The position numbers and the translations under genes were made by a program. The notes under the pieces were generated by a model. The model did no database searches. It was given only the letters and a program-made list of their open reading frames with translations, and had not been told where the DNA came from. From assembly GCF_003334335.1 (NCBI RefSeq), contig NZ_QOWQ01000039.1: DNA of 39,846 nt; one strand, given 5' to 3'. Source of the stretch: Escherichia coli (GTDB taxonomy: Bacteria > Pseudomonadota > Gammaproteobacteria > Enterobacterales > Enterobacteriaceae). Below, piece by piece: positions 1-13,202 of this stretch. How positions within the stretch are numbered: position 1 is the first letter of the stretch; every line of letters starts with the position of its first letter.

Positions 1-77
1 AGTTATCGTGAGAGTAATTCATCGGCACGTTAAATCATATCAGGCGTAATACCACAACCCTTAAGTTAGCGCTTATG
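1..77. mobile_element. IS186-like insertion sequence, terminal fragment (element continues beyond the window start); 23-bp terminal inverted repeat at 55-77
   Basis: Positions 55-77 (caacccttaagttagcgcttatg) are the exact reverse complement of 39771-39793 (cataagcgctaacttaagggttg). Sequence inward of the repeat differs between the two edges, as expected for the two different ends of one IS type. The 23-bp sequence matches my recollection of the IS186 terminal repeat. Confidence 0.75.
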
Positions 78-98
78 GGATTACTCCCCGCACAACGG

Positions 99-251
99 CT
101 ACTTCTTCGGTTCGTAAGCGAGAACAGCCTTAAACTCAATATTACGTTCCTTCACCGTAAACTCACACAGCGAGTCTCCGACCAGAAGCGTAAATCCCAG
201 CACCGTTAAACACAGCACTATGACTGCCGCAAGGGCATATTTCGTCAGCAT
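99..251 (-). CDS. hokE: Hok-family small membrane toxin HokE (50 aa), type I toxin-antitoxin
   Basis: The last 50 codons of the 99..350 ORF translate to [50 protein letters not shown], which has the Hok family hydrophobic N-terminus and conserved Cys/Glu pattern. ATG at 249-251, TAG stop at 99-101, GGAGG Shine-Dalgarno just upstream. Confidence 0.85.
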   Translation of the reverse strand: MLTKYALAAVIVLCLTVLGFTLLVGDSLCEFTVKERNIEFKAVLAYEPKK

Positions 252-480
252 GTTTATATTGCCTCCATGCGAAGAAGGGACTACCATCCAAATTGTTCGG
301 GTTTGGAGTGGCAGCCCCAGGGTTGATAGAAATATCTCCTGGGGCTTCATCTTTCCAGACCTCAGAGTAAACCTGAAACCGGAAAGCTTCAGGCACCCGC
401 CGTTATCTTACCCTTCCTCAACAAAATAGCTGTTTATTTATACAGTGAGTCCTGTTTCGGACTTCTCACTCCTCATTTAA
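252..480 (-). promoter_or_regulatory. hokE mRNA leader region, expected to hold the overlapping mok-like frame and the antisense sokE RNA; exact boundaries not determined
   Basis: By analogy with hok/sok loci. A GTG-initiated 77-aa frame (163..396, minus) overlaps hokE out of frame like mok in plasmid R1, and an in-frame upstream ATG (350) also exists. Promoters and antisense RNA ends cannot be fixed by eye. Confidence 0.35.
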
Positions 481-694
481 TCAACTGAAGCTGAACCCGT
501 TTTTTTCTGCATGACTCAATCGTCAAAATTCTTCGCCACCAGTCAGCACTGCCATAACTTGTCACATTGCAAAAGTAGCCAAATTGCTTCAGGCACCATC
601 AGTTCACCATCACCAAAAAAAAGAAACATTCCAGAACTTCCGCATCTCGCCCAGCCGCTCCGACTTCTATACTGAATAGAAAACGCCAACATAA

Positions 695-1822
<1,128 letters not shown>

Positions 1823-1887
1823 GCCGGGAATTGCCTTACAGAAGAATATCCCTGACAATGGTGTTTTAACTTACATTTAACAATGTT

Positions 1888-2136
1888 ATGAAACACCCTT
1901 TAGAAACCTTGACCACCGCAGCAGGCATTTTGCTGATGGCTTTCCTCTCTTGCCTGCTGCTGCCCGCCCCCGCACTGGGGCTGGCGCTGGCACAAAAACT
2001 GGTGACCATGTTCCATCTGATGGATCTTAGTCAGCTTTACACTTTATTGTTTTGTCTGTGGTTTTTAGTGCTGGGCGCTATTGAGTATTTTGTTCTGCGC
2101 TTTATCTGGCGACGCTGGTTCTCGCTGGCGGATTAA
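1888..2136 (+). CDS. ybdJ: Small inner-membrane protein YbdJ (82 aa)
   Basis: 82-aa ORF with two hydrophobic segments; position and size match ybdJ between ybdK and ybdF. Confidence 0.8.
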
Positions 2137-2200
2137 ACGTCGATTATCGCCGTACTTCGCGGCATACTTTGCTTATTCTCCTTCGCCTAAAGGAACGTTT

Positions 2201-2569
2201 ATGGATAAGCAATCACTGCACGAAACGGCGAAACGCCTGGCCCTTGAGTTACCCTTTGTCGAGCTTTGCTGGCCTTTTGGCCCGGAGTTCGATGTTTTTA
2301 AAATTGGCGGCAAGATTTTTATGCTGTCGTCGGAGCTACGCGGCGTCCCCTTTATCAATCTGAAGTCCGATCCACAAAAATCCCTGTTAAATCAGCAAAT
2401 ATACCCAAGCATTAAGCCAGGGTATCACATGAATAAAAAGCACTGGATTTCAGTGTATCCCGGCGAAGAAATCTCCGAAGCGTTACTTCGCGATCTGATC
2501 AACGATTCGTGGAATCTGGTGGTTGATGGTCTGGCTAAACGCGATCAAAAAAGAGTGCGTCCAGGCTAA
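2201..2569 (+). CDS. ybdF: Uncharacterised protein YbdF (122 aa)
   Basis: ORF 2081..2569 trimmed to the internal ATG at 2201 ([19 protein letters not shown]...), giving the expected 122 aa; synteny with nfsB. Confidence 0.8.
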
Positions 2570-2662
2570 AGCGGAAATCTATAGCGCATTTTTCTCGCTT
2601 ACCATTTCTCGTTGAACCTTGTAATCTGCTGGCACGCAAAATTACTTTCACATGGAGTCTTT

Positions 2663-3316
2663 ATGGATATCATTTCTGTCGCCTTAAAGCGTCATTCCAC
2701 TAAGGCATTTGATGCCAGCAAAAAACTTACCCCGGAACAGGCCGAGCAGATCAAAACGCTACTGCAATACAGCCCATCCAGCACCAACTCCCAGCCGTGG
2801 CATTTTATTGTTGCCAGCACGGAAGAAGGTAAAGCGCGTGTTGCCAAATCCGCTGCCGGTAATTACGTGTTCAACGAGCGTAAAATGCTTGATGCCTCGC
2901 ACGTCGTGGTGTTCTGTGCAAAAACCGCGATGGACGATGTCTGGCTGAAGCTGGTTGTTGACCAGGAAGATGCCGATGGCCGCTTTGCCACGCCGGAAGC
3001 GAAAGCCGCGAACGATAAAGGTCGCAAGTTCTTCGCTGATATGCACCGTAAAGATCTGCATGATGATGCAGAGTGGATGGCAAAACAGGTTTATCTCAAC
3101 GTCGGTAACTTCCTGCTCGGCGTGGCGGCTCTGGGTCTGGACGCGGTACCCATCGAAGGTTTTGACGCCGCCATCCTCGATGCAGAATTTGGTCTGAAAG
3201 AGAAAGGCTACACCAGTCTGGTGGTTGTTCCGGTAGGTCATCACAGCGTTGAAGATTTTAACGCTACGCTGCCGAAATCTCGTCTGCCGCAAAACATCAC
3301 CTTAACCGAAGTGTAA
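2663..3316 (+). CDS. nfsB: Oxygen-insensitive NAD(P)H nitroreductase NfsB (217 aa)
   Basis: ORF trimmed to ATG at 2663; [50 protein letters not shown] is the recognised NfsB N-terminus. Confidence 0.93.
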
Positions 3317-3375
3317 TTCTCTCTTGCCGGGCATCTGCCCGGCTATTTCCTCTCAGATTCTCCTGATTTGCATAA

Positions 3376-4671
<1,296 letters not shown>

Positions 4672-4673
4672 TT

Positions 4674-4711
4674 AAAAAAACCGCTCTCATCGAATGGATG
4701 AGAGCGGTTTC
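4674..4711. terminator. Bidirectional rho-independent terminator between convergent ybdG and pheP
   Basis: A-run 4674-4680, perfect 11-bp stem ccgctctcatc / gatgagagcgg (4681-4691, 4698-4708), then TTT. The A-tract on one side and T-tract on the other allow termination from both directions. Confidence 0.7.
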
Positions 4712-4751
4712 GGATGGTTGACATCGTTTTGTCGGATGTAGCGTGAATGCC

Positions 4752-6128
4752 TTATTTCCGACGCAGCGTTTTAAATGCCATAAACAGGAATACAATCCAC
4801 ACCGGCAGCAGGATCGCTGACAAGCGCATATCATCCATCGTGCACATCAGCAGCAAAATCATGCCGAGGAAGGCAATGCAGAGATAGTTGCCGAACGGAT
4901 AGAGCAGCGCCTTAAACTGTGTTTCACGCCCCTGACGTCGCATCGCTGCACGAAAACGCAGATGCGCCAGACAGATCATAATCCAGTTCAACAGCAGCGT
5001 TGCTACCACCAGCGCCATCAGCAGACCAAACGCTTTTTGCGGCAGCAGATAGTTGATTAACACCACCAGCGAAGTGATCGCTCCGGAAAGCATCAGCGAG
5101 TTAATCGGCACACCGCGACGGCTGACGCGAGTCAAAAACTTCGGCGCATTACCCTGCACAGAAAGGCCAAACAGCATGCGGCTGTTAGAGTAAACCCCGC
5201 TGTTATACACTGACAGCGATGCTACCAGAATGACGAAGTTCAGCGCAGAAGCTACCACGTTGCTGTCGAGATTATGGAAAATCATCACAAACGGGCTACT
5301 GTTGGATTTCACTTCCACCCACGGATAGAGCGCCAGTAAAACCACCAGTGAACCGATGTAAAACAGCAGGATGCGATACACCACCTGATTTACCGCTTTT
5401 GGAATGCTTTTTTCCGGATCGCGCGCTTCAGCGGCAGTAATCCCAATCAGCTCCAGACCGCCGAAGGAGAACATAATTACCGCCAGCGACAAAATCAGCC
5501 CATTCCAGCCGGTGGCGAAGAAACCACCGTAGCGCCAGAGGTTGTCGATACTGGCTTTCTCGCCGCCGTGACCAGAAAACAGCAGCCACAGGCCAAAGCC
5601 GATCATACCGATGATTGCCAGCACTTTAATCAACGCAAACCAGAACTCGGTTTCGCCATATAAGCGCACGTTCACCAGGTTAACGGCGTTGATGATAATA
5701 AAGAAGGCGGCAGCCCAAATCCACGTTGGAACATCCGGGAACCAGTACTGCATATAGATGCCCGCAGCGGTCAGCTCTGCCATTCCCACCAGCACGAACA
5801 TTACCCAGTAGTTCCAGCCAGAGAGGAAGCCCGCAAACGGTCCCCAGTATTTATAGGCAAAGTGGGCAAATGAACCGGATACCGGCTCTTCGACCACCAT
5901 CTCGCCAAGCTGGCGCATAATCAGGAAAGCGATGATCCCGGCGACGCCGTAGCCCAGCAATACAGCCGGACCCGCCATCTGAATCGCCGGACCAATGCCA
6001 AGAAACAGACCAGTACCAATTGCGCCACCCAGCGCAATCAGTTGAATATGACGGTTATGTAATCCGCGATGAAGCGTCGGCTCTTGATTCGACGCAGTAT
6101 CTTCCGATACGGTTGACGCGTTTTTCAC
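4752..6128 (-). CDS. pheP: Phenylalanine-specific permease PheP, APC family (458 aa)
   Basis: ORF 4752..6164; canonical start taken as GTG at 6126-6128 (VKNASTVSEDTASNQEPTLHRG...), giving 458 aa; 12 transmembrane amino-acid permease. Confidence 0.9.
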   Translation of the reverse strand: MKNASTVSEDTASNQEPTLHRGLHNRHIQLIALGGAIGTGLFLGIGPAIQMAGPAVLLGYGVAGIIAFLIMRQLGEMVVEEPVSGSFAHFAYKYWGPFAGFLSGWNYWVMFVLVGMAELTAAGIYMQYWFPDVPTWIWAAAFFIIINAVNLVNVRLYGETEFWFALIKVLAIIGMIGFGLWLLFSGHGGEKASIDNLWRYGGFFATGWNGLILSLAVIMFSFGGLELIGITAAEARDPEKSIPKAVNQVVYRILLFYIGSLVVLLALYPWVEVKSNSSPFVMIFHNLDSNVVASALNFVILVASLSVYNSGVYSNSRMLFGLSVQGNAPKFLTRVSRRGVPINSLMLSGAITSLVVLINYLLPQKAFGLLMALVVATLLLNWIMICLAHLRFRAAMRRQGRETQFKALLYPFGNYLCIAFLGMILLLMCTMDDMRLSAILLPVWIVFLFMAFKTLRRK

Positions 6129-6229
6129 GCCTTTCCCCTGTGTGTCTTTTTTGTTGAGGGGCACCTTTTAACATTTAGTGCCCATCGTCGCAAGACACAA
6201 TCCACACGGTTAAACGGGGTATCCTGCTT

Positions 6230-9200
6230 TTATTTCCGTACCCGATGTCGGTGCAGCCACATCAGCTTATACGCCGCCGGGATAATAAACAGCGACAGCA
6301 AAGGTGCGGTGATCATGCCGCCAATCATCGGTGCGGCAATCCGGCTCATCACCTCTGAACCAGCCCCCGTTCCCCACAGAATCGGCAGCAGACCGGCGAT
6401 AATCACCGCCACCGTCATCGCTTTCGGGCGCACGCGCAGTACCGCGCCGTGATACAACGCCTCATCCAGCTTCTGCTCACTGAATGTTTGCGGATTATTC
6501 AACGACGGCTCGGCCTCTATGGCGTGACGTAAATACATCAGCATCACCACGCCAAATTCGGCGGCGACCCCGGCGAGGGCGATAAAGCCAGTGCCCGTCG
6601 CCACGGAAAGATGAAAGCCCATCCACCACAGCAACCAGATGCCGCCCACCAGCGCAAACGGTACGCTGCTGATAATCAGCAACGCTTCGCCCACCCGACG
6701 GAACGCCAGATACAACAGCACGAAGATGATCATCAGCGTCATCGGCACCATGAGTTTCAGCTTATGGTTGGCGCGCTCCAGCAACTCGAACTGCCCGGAA
6801 AACGCCACGCTGGTGCCTGGTTTTAACTGCACTTTTTCAGCTATCGCTTTTTGCAAATCGTGAACCACCGACACCATGTCACGATCGCGGGCATCGATAT
6901 AAATCCAGCTCGTCGGGCGCGCATTCTCGGTTTTCAGCATCGACGGTCCGGTAGAGACTTTAACGTCGGCCACGTCTGCCAGGGTGATTTGCTGCTTCAT
7001 CGGCGTCAGGATCGGCAACTGGCGCAGTGCCTGCGGACTATCGCGCCAGCTTTGCGGATAACGCAGATTAATTGGATAACGGGCAATCCCTTCCACCGTT
7101 TCGCCAACCATCGCCCCGCCCACCGCAGAAGTCACAAACAACTGCACATCCGCCACCGTCATACCGTAACGTGCGGCTTTTTCACGGTTAATCTCAACGT
7201 TGATATAGCGCCCACCTTCCAGCCGCTCGGCAAGCGCAGAAGCTACGCCTGGCACCGTTCGTGCCACTTCTTCAATTTGCTCCGCCATCGCGTCGATATC
7301 CGCCAGCACAGTGCCGGAAACTTTAATGCCGATGGGGCTTTTAATGCCGGTTGAGAGCATATCGATACGGTTACGAATTGGCGGCACCCACAGATTCGCC
7401 AGCCCCGGCAGACGCACGGTGTTATCCAGTTCCTCAATGATTTTGTCCATCGTCATGCCTGGCCGCCACTGCTCCTGCGGCTTAAGCTGGATGGTCGTTT
7501 CTACCATCTCCAGCGGAGCAGAATCGGTGGCGGTTTCCGCTTTCCCGGTTTTGCCAAATACCCGCGCCACTTCAGGTACGCTCATAATTAGCTTGTCGGT
7601 TTTTTGCAGCATACTCGCCGCCTCTGCTGCGGAAATCCCCGGCAGCGTCGATGGCATATACAACAAGTCGCCTTCATTGATCTGCGGTAAAAATTCCCCG
7701 CCAACTTTATTGAGCGGCCAGAGAACCGTCAGCACCGAAAGCGCTGCCACCAACAGCGTGGTTTTCGGCCAGTGCAGTACTTTCAGCAATAGAGGATGAT
7801 AAACACGAATCAAAAAGCGATTGAGCGGGTTACTGCTTTCCGGCGGAATTTTGCCACGGATCCAGTAGCCCATCAGGATCGGGATCACTACGATCGCCAG
7901 CAGCGCCGCGCCCGCCATCGCATAGGTTTTAGTGAACGCCAGCGGGCCAAACAGACGCCCTTCCTGCCCTTCCAGGGTGAAGATCGGGATAAACGACAAC
8001 GTGATAATCAGCAGACTGATAAACAACGCCGGACCCACTTCAACAGACGCATCGGTGATCACCTGCCAGCGCGTTTTATTATCCAGCGTGGCGTCAGGAT
8101 GCTGGTGCTGCCACTCTTCCAGCCGTTTATGCGCATTCTCGATCATGACGATAGCAGCATCGACCATCGCCCCGACGGCAATCGCAATGCCACCCAACGA
8201 CATAATATTGGCATTCAGTCCCTGGAAGTGCATGACAATAAAAGCAATACACAACCCCAGCGGCAACGAAATAATCGCCACCAGCGCCGAGCGCACATGC
8301 CAGAGAAACAGCGCACAGACTACCGCCACCACAATAAACTCTTCCAGCAACTTGCCGCTGAGGTTGTCGATGGCGCGGTCAATGAGCTGGCTGCGATCGT
8401 ATGTTGTAACTATCTCCACGCCTTCCGGCAGACTACTTTTCAGCGTTTCCAGTTTGTCCTTCACGGCGGCGATCACTTCACGGGCGTTTTTGCCGGAGCG
8501 CAGGATCACCACCCCGCCTGCCACTTCGCCTTCGCCGTTCAGTTCGGCAATGCCCCGGCGCATTTCCGGTCCAATCTGGACCTTCGCAACATCACGCAGA
8601 TAAACAGGCACGCCATTTTCACTGGCTTTTAAAACGATGTGATTAAAGTCGTCGAGCGTTTGCAGATAGCCGCTGGCGCGCACCATATATTCCGCTTCCG
8701 CCAGTTCGATCGACGAACCGCCCGCTTTCTGGTTTGAAGCATCCAGCGCGCTTTTTACTTCGGCTAGACTGATGCCATACTGTGCCAGGCGCTGAGGATC
8801 GATAACCACCTGATACTCTTTCACCACACCGCCCACCGACGCCACTTCCGCAACGTCAGGGATGGTTTTTAGCTCATATTTGAGAAACCAGTCCTGCAAT
8901 GAGCGTAAATCGGCCAGATCGTGCTTACCGCTGCGATCCACCAGTGCATATTCATAGATCCAGCCAACACCCGTGGCATCTGGCCCCAGCTCGGCGCTGA
9001 CTCCCGCAGGCAGCTTACCCTGTACCTGGTTGAGGTATTCCAGCACCCGCGAACGCGCCCAGTACGGATCGGTACCATCTTCGAAAATGACATACACATA
9101 AGAGTCGCCAAACTGCGAGAAACCACGCACAGTCTTCGCGCCAGGCACCGACAACATGGTGGTGGTTAGCGGATAAGTCACCTGATTTTCAACGATTTGC

Positions 9201-9373
9201 GGTGCCTGGCCGGGATAGCTGGTTTTAATAATCACCTGCACATCGGAGAGATCCGGCAGCGCATCCACTGGCGTGTTAATGATGGTCCAGGTGCCCCAGA
9301 TACTCAGAAATAACGCGCCCATCAGCACCAGAAAACGGTTCGCCACCGAGCGACGAATAATCCATTCAATCAT
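6230..9373 (-). CDS. cusA: Cu(I)/Ag(I) efflux RND inner-membrane transporter CusA (1047 aa)
   Basis: 1047-aa ORF starting [29 protein letters not shown]; heavy-metal-efflux RND family; last gene of cusCFBA. Confidence 0.95.
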   Translation of the reverse strand: MIEWIIRRSVANRFLVLMGALFLSIWGTWTIINTPVDALPDLSDVQVIIKTSYPGQAPQIVENQVTYPLTTTMLSVPGAKTVRGFSQFGDSYVYVIFEDGTDPYWARSRVLEYLNQVQGKLPAGVSAELGPDATGVGWIYEYALVDRSGKHDLADLRSLQDWFLKYELKTIPDVAEVASVGGVVKEYQVVIDPQRLAQYGISLAEVKSALDASNQKAGGSSIELAEAEYMVRASGYLQTLDDFNHIVLKASENGVPVYLRDVAKVQIGPEMRRGIAELNGEGEVAGGVVILRSGKNAREVIAAVKDKLETLKSSLPEGVEIVTTYDRSQLIDRAIDNLSGKLLEEFIVVAVVCALFLWHVRSALVAIISLPLGLCIAFIVMHFQGLNANIMSLGGIAIAVGAMVDAAIVMIENAHKRLEEWQHQHPDATLDNKTRWQVITDASVEVGPALFISLLIITLSFIPIFTLEGQEGRLFGPLAFTKTYAMAGAALLAIVVIPILMGYWIRGKIPPESSNPLNRFLIRVYHPLLLKVLHWPKTTLLVAALSVLTVLWPLNKVGGEFLPQINEGDLLYMPSTLPGISAAEAASMLQKTDKLIMSVPEVARVFGKTGKAETATDSAPLEMVETTIQLKPQEQWRPGMTMDKIIEELDNTVRLPGLANLWVPPIRNRIDMLSTGIKSPIGIKVSGTVLADIDAMAEQIEEVARTVPGVASALAERLEGGRYINVEINREKAARYGMTVADVQLFVTSAVGGAMVGETVEGIARYPINLRYPQSWRDSPQALRQLPILTPMKQQITLADVADVKVSTGPSMLKTENARPTSWIYIDARDRDMVSVVHDLQKAIAEKVQLKPGTSVAFSGQFELLERANHKLKLMVPMTLMIIFVLLYLAFRRVGEALLIISSVPFALVGGIWLLWWMGFHLSVATGTGFIALAGVAAEFGVVMLMYLRHAIEAEPSLNNPQTFSEQKLDEALYHGAVLRVRPKAMTVAVIIAGLLPILWGTGAGSEVMSRIAAPMIGGMITAPLLSLFIIPAAYKLMWLHRHRVRK

Positions 9374-9384
9374 TGGTTATTCCC

Positions 9385-10608
9385 TCAATGCGCATGGGTA
9401 GCACTTTCAGAGCGCATCCGCTCCAGTGCGCCAGAAATATTGGCTTCGGAATCAATCAGGAACAGGCCGCTGGAAACCACCTTTTCACCTTCCGCCAGAC
9501 CAGAGCGTAATGCGGTGACACCTTGCGATGCCTGGAAAACGGCAACGCGTTTCGGTACAAAGCGCCCGTCGGCATCAACGGTAATCACCCGCTGTTCGTT
9601 GCCGGTATCAATCAGCGCCTGTGACGGAATGAGCAGCATCGGTTCGCTGGCGGTATTGAGTTGCAACCAGGCGTTCATGCCTGGTTTTAGCGCCTCGTCG
9701 GCGTTGTCGACTTCCAGACGCAGTTGTAGCGTGCGGGTCGCGGCATCCACGCCGGGTAGCAGGGTCCATTTGCGGATGGTGAGTGTTTTATCAGGTCGCG
9801 CCGGAACGGTGAGCGTAAACTGCGAGGCATCTTTCACCAGCCAGGCGATGGACTCCGGGATCGCAGCAGTGACCCACACCGGGTCCATACCCTGAATTTT
9901 CGCGACCACGTTATCTTTGGCGATATTCATTCCCGCGCGCAGATCAAACGCGGTGATCACGCCATCAATGGGCGCTTTGAGCGTAAAGCGAGTCTGGATT
10001 TTTTGCGTGGCGATCAGGCGGCGAATATCCGCCTCCGGCATTCCCGCCAGTCGCAGCCGCTCAAGAATGCCTTCAGTCTGGGTCGCCGTACCGCCGGTTT
10101 CGCGCAGCAGTAAATACTCACTCTGCGCTTCCACCCAGTCGGGAATGGTCAGGTCGAGAAGCGGTGTGCCCTTTTGCACTTTATCGCCCACGGTAAGCGG
10201 ATACACCTTGTCGATAAACCCGGCAGCGCGAGCCTGCACAATGGCATACTGATACTCGTTGTAACTGACATTCGCCGGGAAACTCTGGGCAAAAGTCAGC
10301 GGCCCGCGCGTGACGGTAGCCGTTTTCACCCCCAGATTCTGCGTCTGAGTCGGGTCAATGCGCACACCAGACGCAGAACTCTCTTCATCGGCATATTTCG
10401 GCACCAGATCCATATCCATAAACGGCGATTTACCTGGTTTATCGAACCGCGTATTGGGATACATCGGGTCGTACCAGAATAAGACTTTACGTTCTGCGGT
10501 CGACGTTTTTTCTGCGGGCGGTTCAGCCTTTGCAAACCAGTTAAAACCTGCCGCAGAAATAATACCGCCCGCGATCATGCTGCCGATAATAAGCGCGATT
10601 TTTTTCAT
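9385..10608 (-). CDS. cusB: Cu(I)/Ag(I) efflux periplasmic adaptor CusB (407 aa)
   Basis: 407-aa ORF with N-terminal signal/anchor; membrane-fusion-protein family; 11-nt gap before cusA. Confidence 0.93.
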   Translation of the reverse strand: MKKIALIIGSMIAGGIISAAGFNWFAKAEPPAEKTSTAERKVLFWYDPMYPNTRFDKPGKSPFMDMDLVPKYADEESSASGVRIDPTQTQNLGVKTATVTRGPLTFAQSFPANVSYNEYQYAIVQARAAGFIDKVYPLTVGDKVQKGTPLLDLTIPDWVEAQSEYLLLRETGGTATQTEGILERLRLAGMPEADIRRLIATQKIQTRFTLKAPIDGVITAFDLRAGMNIAKDNVVAKIQGMDPVWVTAAIPESIAWLVKDASQFTLTVPARPDKTLTIRKWTLLPGVDAATRTLQLRLEVDNADEALKPGMNAWLQLNTASEPMLLIPSQALIDTGNEQRVITVDADGRFVPKRVAVFQASQGVTALRSGLAEGEKVVSSGLFLIDSEANISGALERMRSESATHAH

Positions 10609-10623
10609 ATCATTAAACCTGGG

Positions 10624-10956
10624 TTACTGGCTGACTTTAATATCCTGTAATAAAGAAAGGTTGCCCTGCTGGACAAAATTAAACGCCACTTTGTCGCCGG
10701 TTTTAATTTCACTCATTTTCGTCTGCGGGGTGATGGTAAAGCGCATGGTCATCTCCGGCCAGTTCACGGCAGCAATCGGATCGTGATGGATGGTGATTTT
10801 TTTGCTTTCCAGATCAACACCTTTTACCACGCCAGTGGCGCTAATAACCTGCGGTTGTACTTCGCTCATGGTTTCATGATGATGTTCGTTAGCCTGGGCA
10901 TTAAAGCCAATAACGGTAAACAGACTGAACATTGCGACTTGCAGTGCTTTTTTCAT
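10624..10956 (-). CDS. cusF: Periplasmic Cu(I)/Ag(I) metallochaperone CusF (110 aa)
   Basis: 110-aa ORF with signal peptide and His/Met-rich region (ANEHHHETMSE...MTMRF); between cusC and cusB. Confidence 0.93.
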   Translation of the reverse strand: MKKALQVAMFSLFTVIGFNAQANEHHHETMSEVQPQVISATGVVKGVDLESKKITIHHDPIAAVNWPEMTMRFTITPQTKMSEIKTGDKVAFNFVQQGNLSLLQDIKVSQ

Positions 10957-10982
10957 TTATTCTCTCCTGGAGTTAAAAATTA

Positions 10983-12362
10983 CTACTGCCAACCGCCACC
11001 AAGTGCGGTATATAAAGAAATTTCGTTGACCTGACGGGCATAATTCAGGTCAAGTAAGGTTTGTCGGGTTGCAAATAAAGAACGCTCGGCATCCAGCACT
11101 TCCAGATAACTTACCGCGCCGTGCTGATATAATGCCCGCGCCCGTTGCAAAGTAATTTGCAGCGACGCCAGATAACGCTGCTGGGCGCTGATTTGATCGT
11201 TCAGGCTTTGACGTAATGCCAGCGCATCTGCCACTTCTTTAAAGGCGTTCTGGATTTTCTGTTCATAATTCACTACCGACTGCTGCTGGCGAATTTCGGC
11301 GATATCCAGATTGGCCTGGTTGCGTCCGGCATTAAAAATGGGGATCTCAATTTTGGGTATAAAATTCCACATCCCGCTGCTGGCGTTAAATAATGACGAC
11401 AGATCGCTGCTGGCGGTCGATATTCCGCTGGTCAGGCTGATAGACGGGAAAAATGCCGCACGCGCAGCACCAATATTGGCATTAGCCGCCATTAACGCGT
11501 GTTCAGCTTCCATAATATCCGGGCGCTGCAATAAGATTTGCGACGACAAGCCCGCCGGTAATTTAACGCTTTGCAGACTGTCGCTGTTTACTGTCTGCGC
11601 TTGCGGCAGCTTGCCGTAGCTTCCCAATAACAGTTGCAATGCATTATTCGCCTGCGCCAGTTCCCCCTGACGTTTAGCGATGTCACTGCGGGTACTTTCT
11701 ATCACCCCGCGAGCCTGTTCCAGCGCCAGAACATTGCTGCTACCGGTCAACAGTTGTTTTTCGACAAACGCATATGACTGCTGATAATTACGCAGCGTTT
11801 CTTCGGCTATTTGCAATTGCGCATACGCCAGTTGCTGATTGAAATAGCTTTGCGCGACATTAGAAACCAGCAGAATATGCACCGCGCGCTGAGCTTCCTC
11901 AGTGGCTAAATAATTTTGTCGCTCGGCTTCGCTCATGTTCTTTAAGCGACCGAAAAAATCGAGGTCAAGGCTGGCGTTAAGGCCGGTCGAAAACTCCCGT
12001 GTCGTGGCGGTATTCCCTTTAAGATTACCGCTCCAGCTGCCGCTGCCCTCGCCATTGAGCTGTGGGTAGCGGTCGGCATCAGTCAGACGATATTGCGCCC
12101 GTGCCTCCTGCACTTTCAGCGTCGCCATGCGCAAATCCCGGTTATTCACCAGCGCCTCGCTAATCAGCGTCTTCACCTGATTATCAACAAAAAAGGTGCG
12201 CCAGCCCGCGTTCTGATAGTTATCTGCTGCGTTAACGAGGCCGTTCTGGCTGAGTGAGAACTGCTGCGGTACGGGCATTGCCGGGCGCTGATAATCCGGT
12301 GCCAGTGAACAACCGGTTAGCGCAAGGGCCACACAAAATGGCAGAAGTTTACAAGGAGACAT
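10983..12362 (-). CDS. cusC: Outer-membrane efflux channel CusC, TolC-like lipoprotein (about 457-459 aa)
   Basis: ORF begins MSPCKLLPFCVALALTGCSLAPD with a lipobox (LTGC); outer-membrane-factor family; first gene of cusCFBA. Confidence 0.93.
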   Translation of the reverse strand: MSPCKLLPFCVALALTGCSLAPDYQRPAMPVPQQFSLSQNGLVNAADNYQNAGWRTFFVDNQVKTLISEALVNNRDLRMATLKVQEARAQYRLTDADRYPQLNGEGSGSWSGNLKGNTATTREFSTGLNASLDLDFFGRLKNMSEAERQNYLATEEAQRAVHILLVSNVAQSYFNQQLAYAQLQIAEETLRNYQQSYAFVEKQLLTGSSNVLALEQARGVIESTRSDIAKRQGELAQANNALQLLLGSYGKLPQAQTVNSDSLQSVKLPAGLSSQILLQRPDIMEAEHALMAANANIGAARAAFFPSISLTSGISTASSDLSSLFNASSGMWNFIPKIEIPIFNAGRNQANLDIAEIRQQQSVVNYEQKIQNAFKEVADALALRQSLNDQISAQQRYLASLQITLQRARALYQHGAVSYLEVLDAERSLFATRQTLLDLNYARQVNEISLYTALGGGWQ

Positions 12363-12431
12363 AGGCTCATAATTTCTGGTGATTTTATGCCGCCAACTTT
12401 ACTCGCCAGCCTCTGATTTTCCGGTGACAGG

Positions 12432-12453
12432 AAAATGACAAAATTGTCATTTT
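12432..12453. promoter_or_regulatory. CusR box: palindromic response-regulator operator in the divergent cusC/cusR promoter region
   Basis: Near-perfect 22-bp palindrome aaaatgacaaaattgtcatttt in the 156-bp intergenic region; matches the known CusR operator motif. Confidence 0.75.
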
Positions 12454-12518
12454 GCCAATAAGCGATTGCCATCTGATCCCGCTACTCTAGAATTGCCCGG
12501 GCAACATGTGGAGGAAAT

Positions 12519-13202
12519 ATGAAACTGCTGATTGTCGAAGATGAAAAGAAAACCGGAGAATACTTGACCAAAGGGTTAACCGAAGCCGGTTTTGTGGTCG
12601 ATTTGGCCGACAACGGGCTGAATGGCTACCATCTGGCGATGACCGGAGATTATGACCTGATAATCCTCGATATTATGCTGCCGGACGTGAACGGCTGGGA
12701 TATCGTGCGCATGTTGCGCTCCGCCAATAAAGGGATGCCGATTCTGTTGCTTACCGCGCTTGGCACCATTGAACATCGCGTCAAGGGGCTGGAGTTGGGG
12801 GCCGATGACTATCTGGTGAAGCCGTTCGCTTTTGCTGAACTGCTGGCGCGGGTGCGCACTCTCCTGCGGCGCGGGGCGGCGGTGATTATCGAAAGTCAGT
12901 TTCAGGTTGCCGATCTGATGGTCGATCTCGTCAGCCGCAAAGTCACCCGCAGCGGCACGCGCATCACTCTGACCAGTAAAGAATTTACTCTGCTGGAGTT
13001 TTTCCTTCGCCATCAGGGCGAAGTGCTGCCCCGCTCGCTTATCGCCTCGCAGGTATGGGACATGAATTTCGACAGCGACACTAACGCCATTGATGTGGCG
13101 GTGAAGCGGCTACGCGGCAAAATCGACAACGACTTTGAGCCGAAGCTGATTCAAACCGTGCGCGGCGTGGGTTACATGCTTGAGGTGCCGGATGGTCAGT
13201 AA
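12519..13202 (+). CDS. cusR: Copper-responsive two-component response regulator CusR, OmpR family (227 aa)
   Basis: 227-aa [23 protein letters not shown]... with receiver domain and winged-helix C-terminus. Confidence 0.95.

Noticed and set aside
99-350. 83-aa in-frame extended hokE ORF (MKPQEIF...) as the true toxin
   Set aside because: Hok toxins are about 50 aa and begin at the internal ATG (249-251) preceded by GGAGG; the upstream ATG more likely belongs to leader or mok-related translation.
6129-6229. Searched the pheP upstream gap for a TyrR box (TGTAAA-N6-TTTACA)
   Set aside because: No convincing match found by eye, so no regulatory site is called here; a formal motif scan would be needed.
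6611-8632. Several long plus-strand ORFs (6611..6826, 6851..7354, 7311..7799, 7796..8632, 7932..8603) inside the cusA region
   Set aside because: They lie antisense to or out of frame with the strongly supported 1047-aa cusA frame and have low-complexity, Arg/His/Gln-rich translations typical of shadow ORFs in GC-rich coding DNA.
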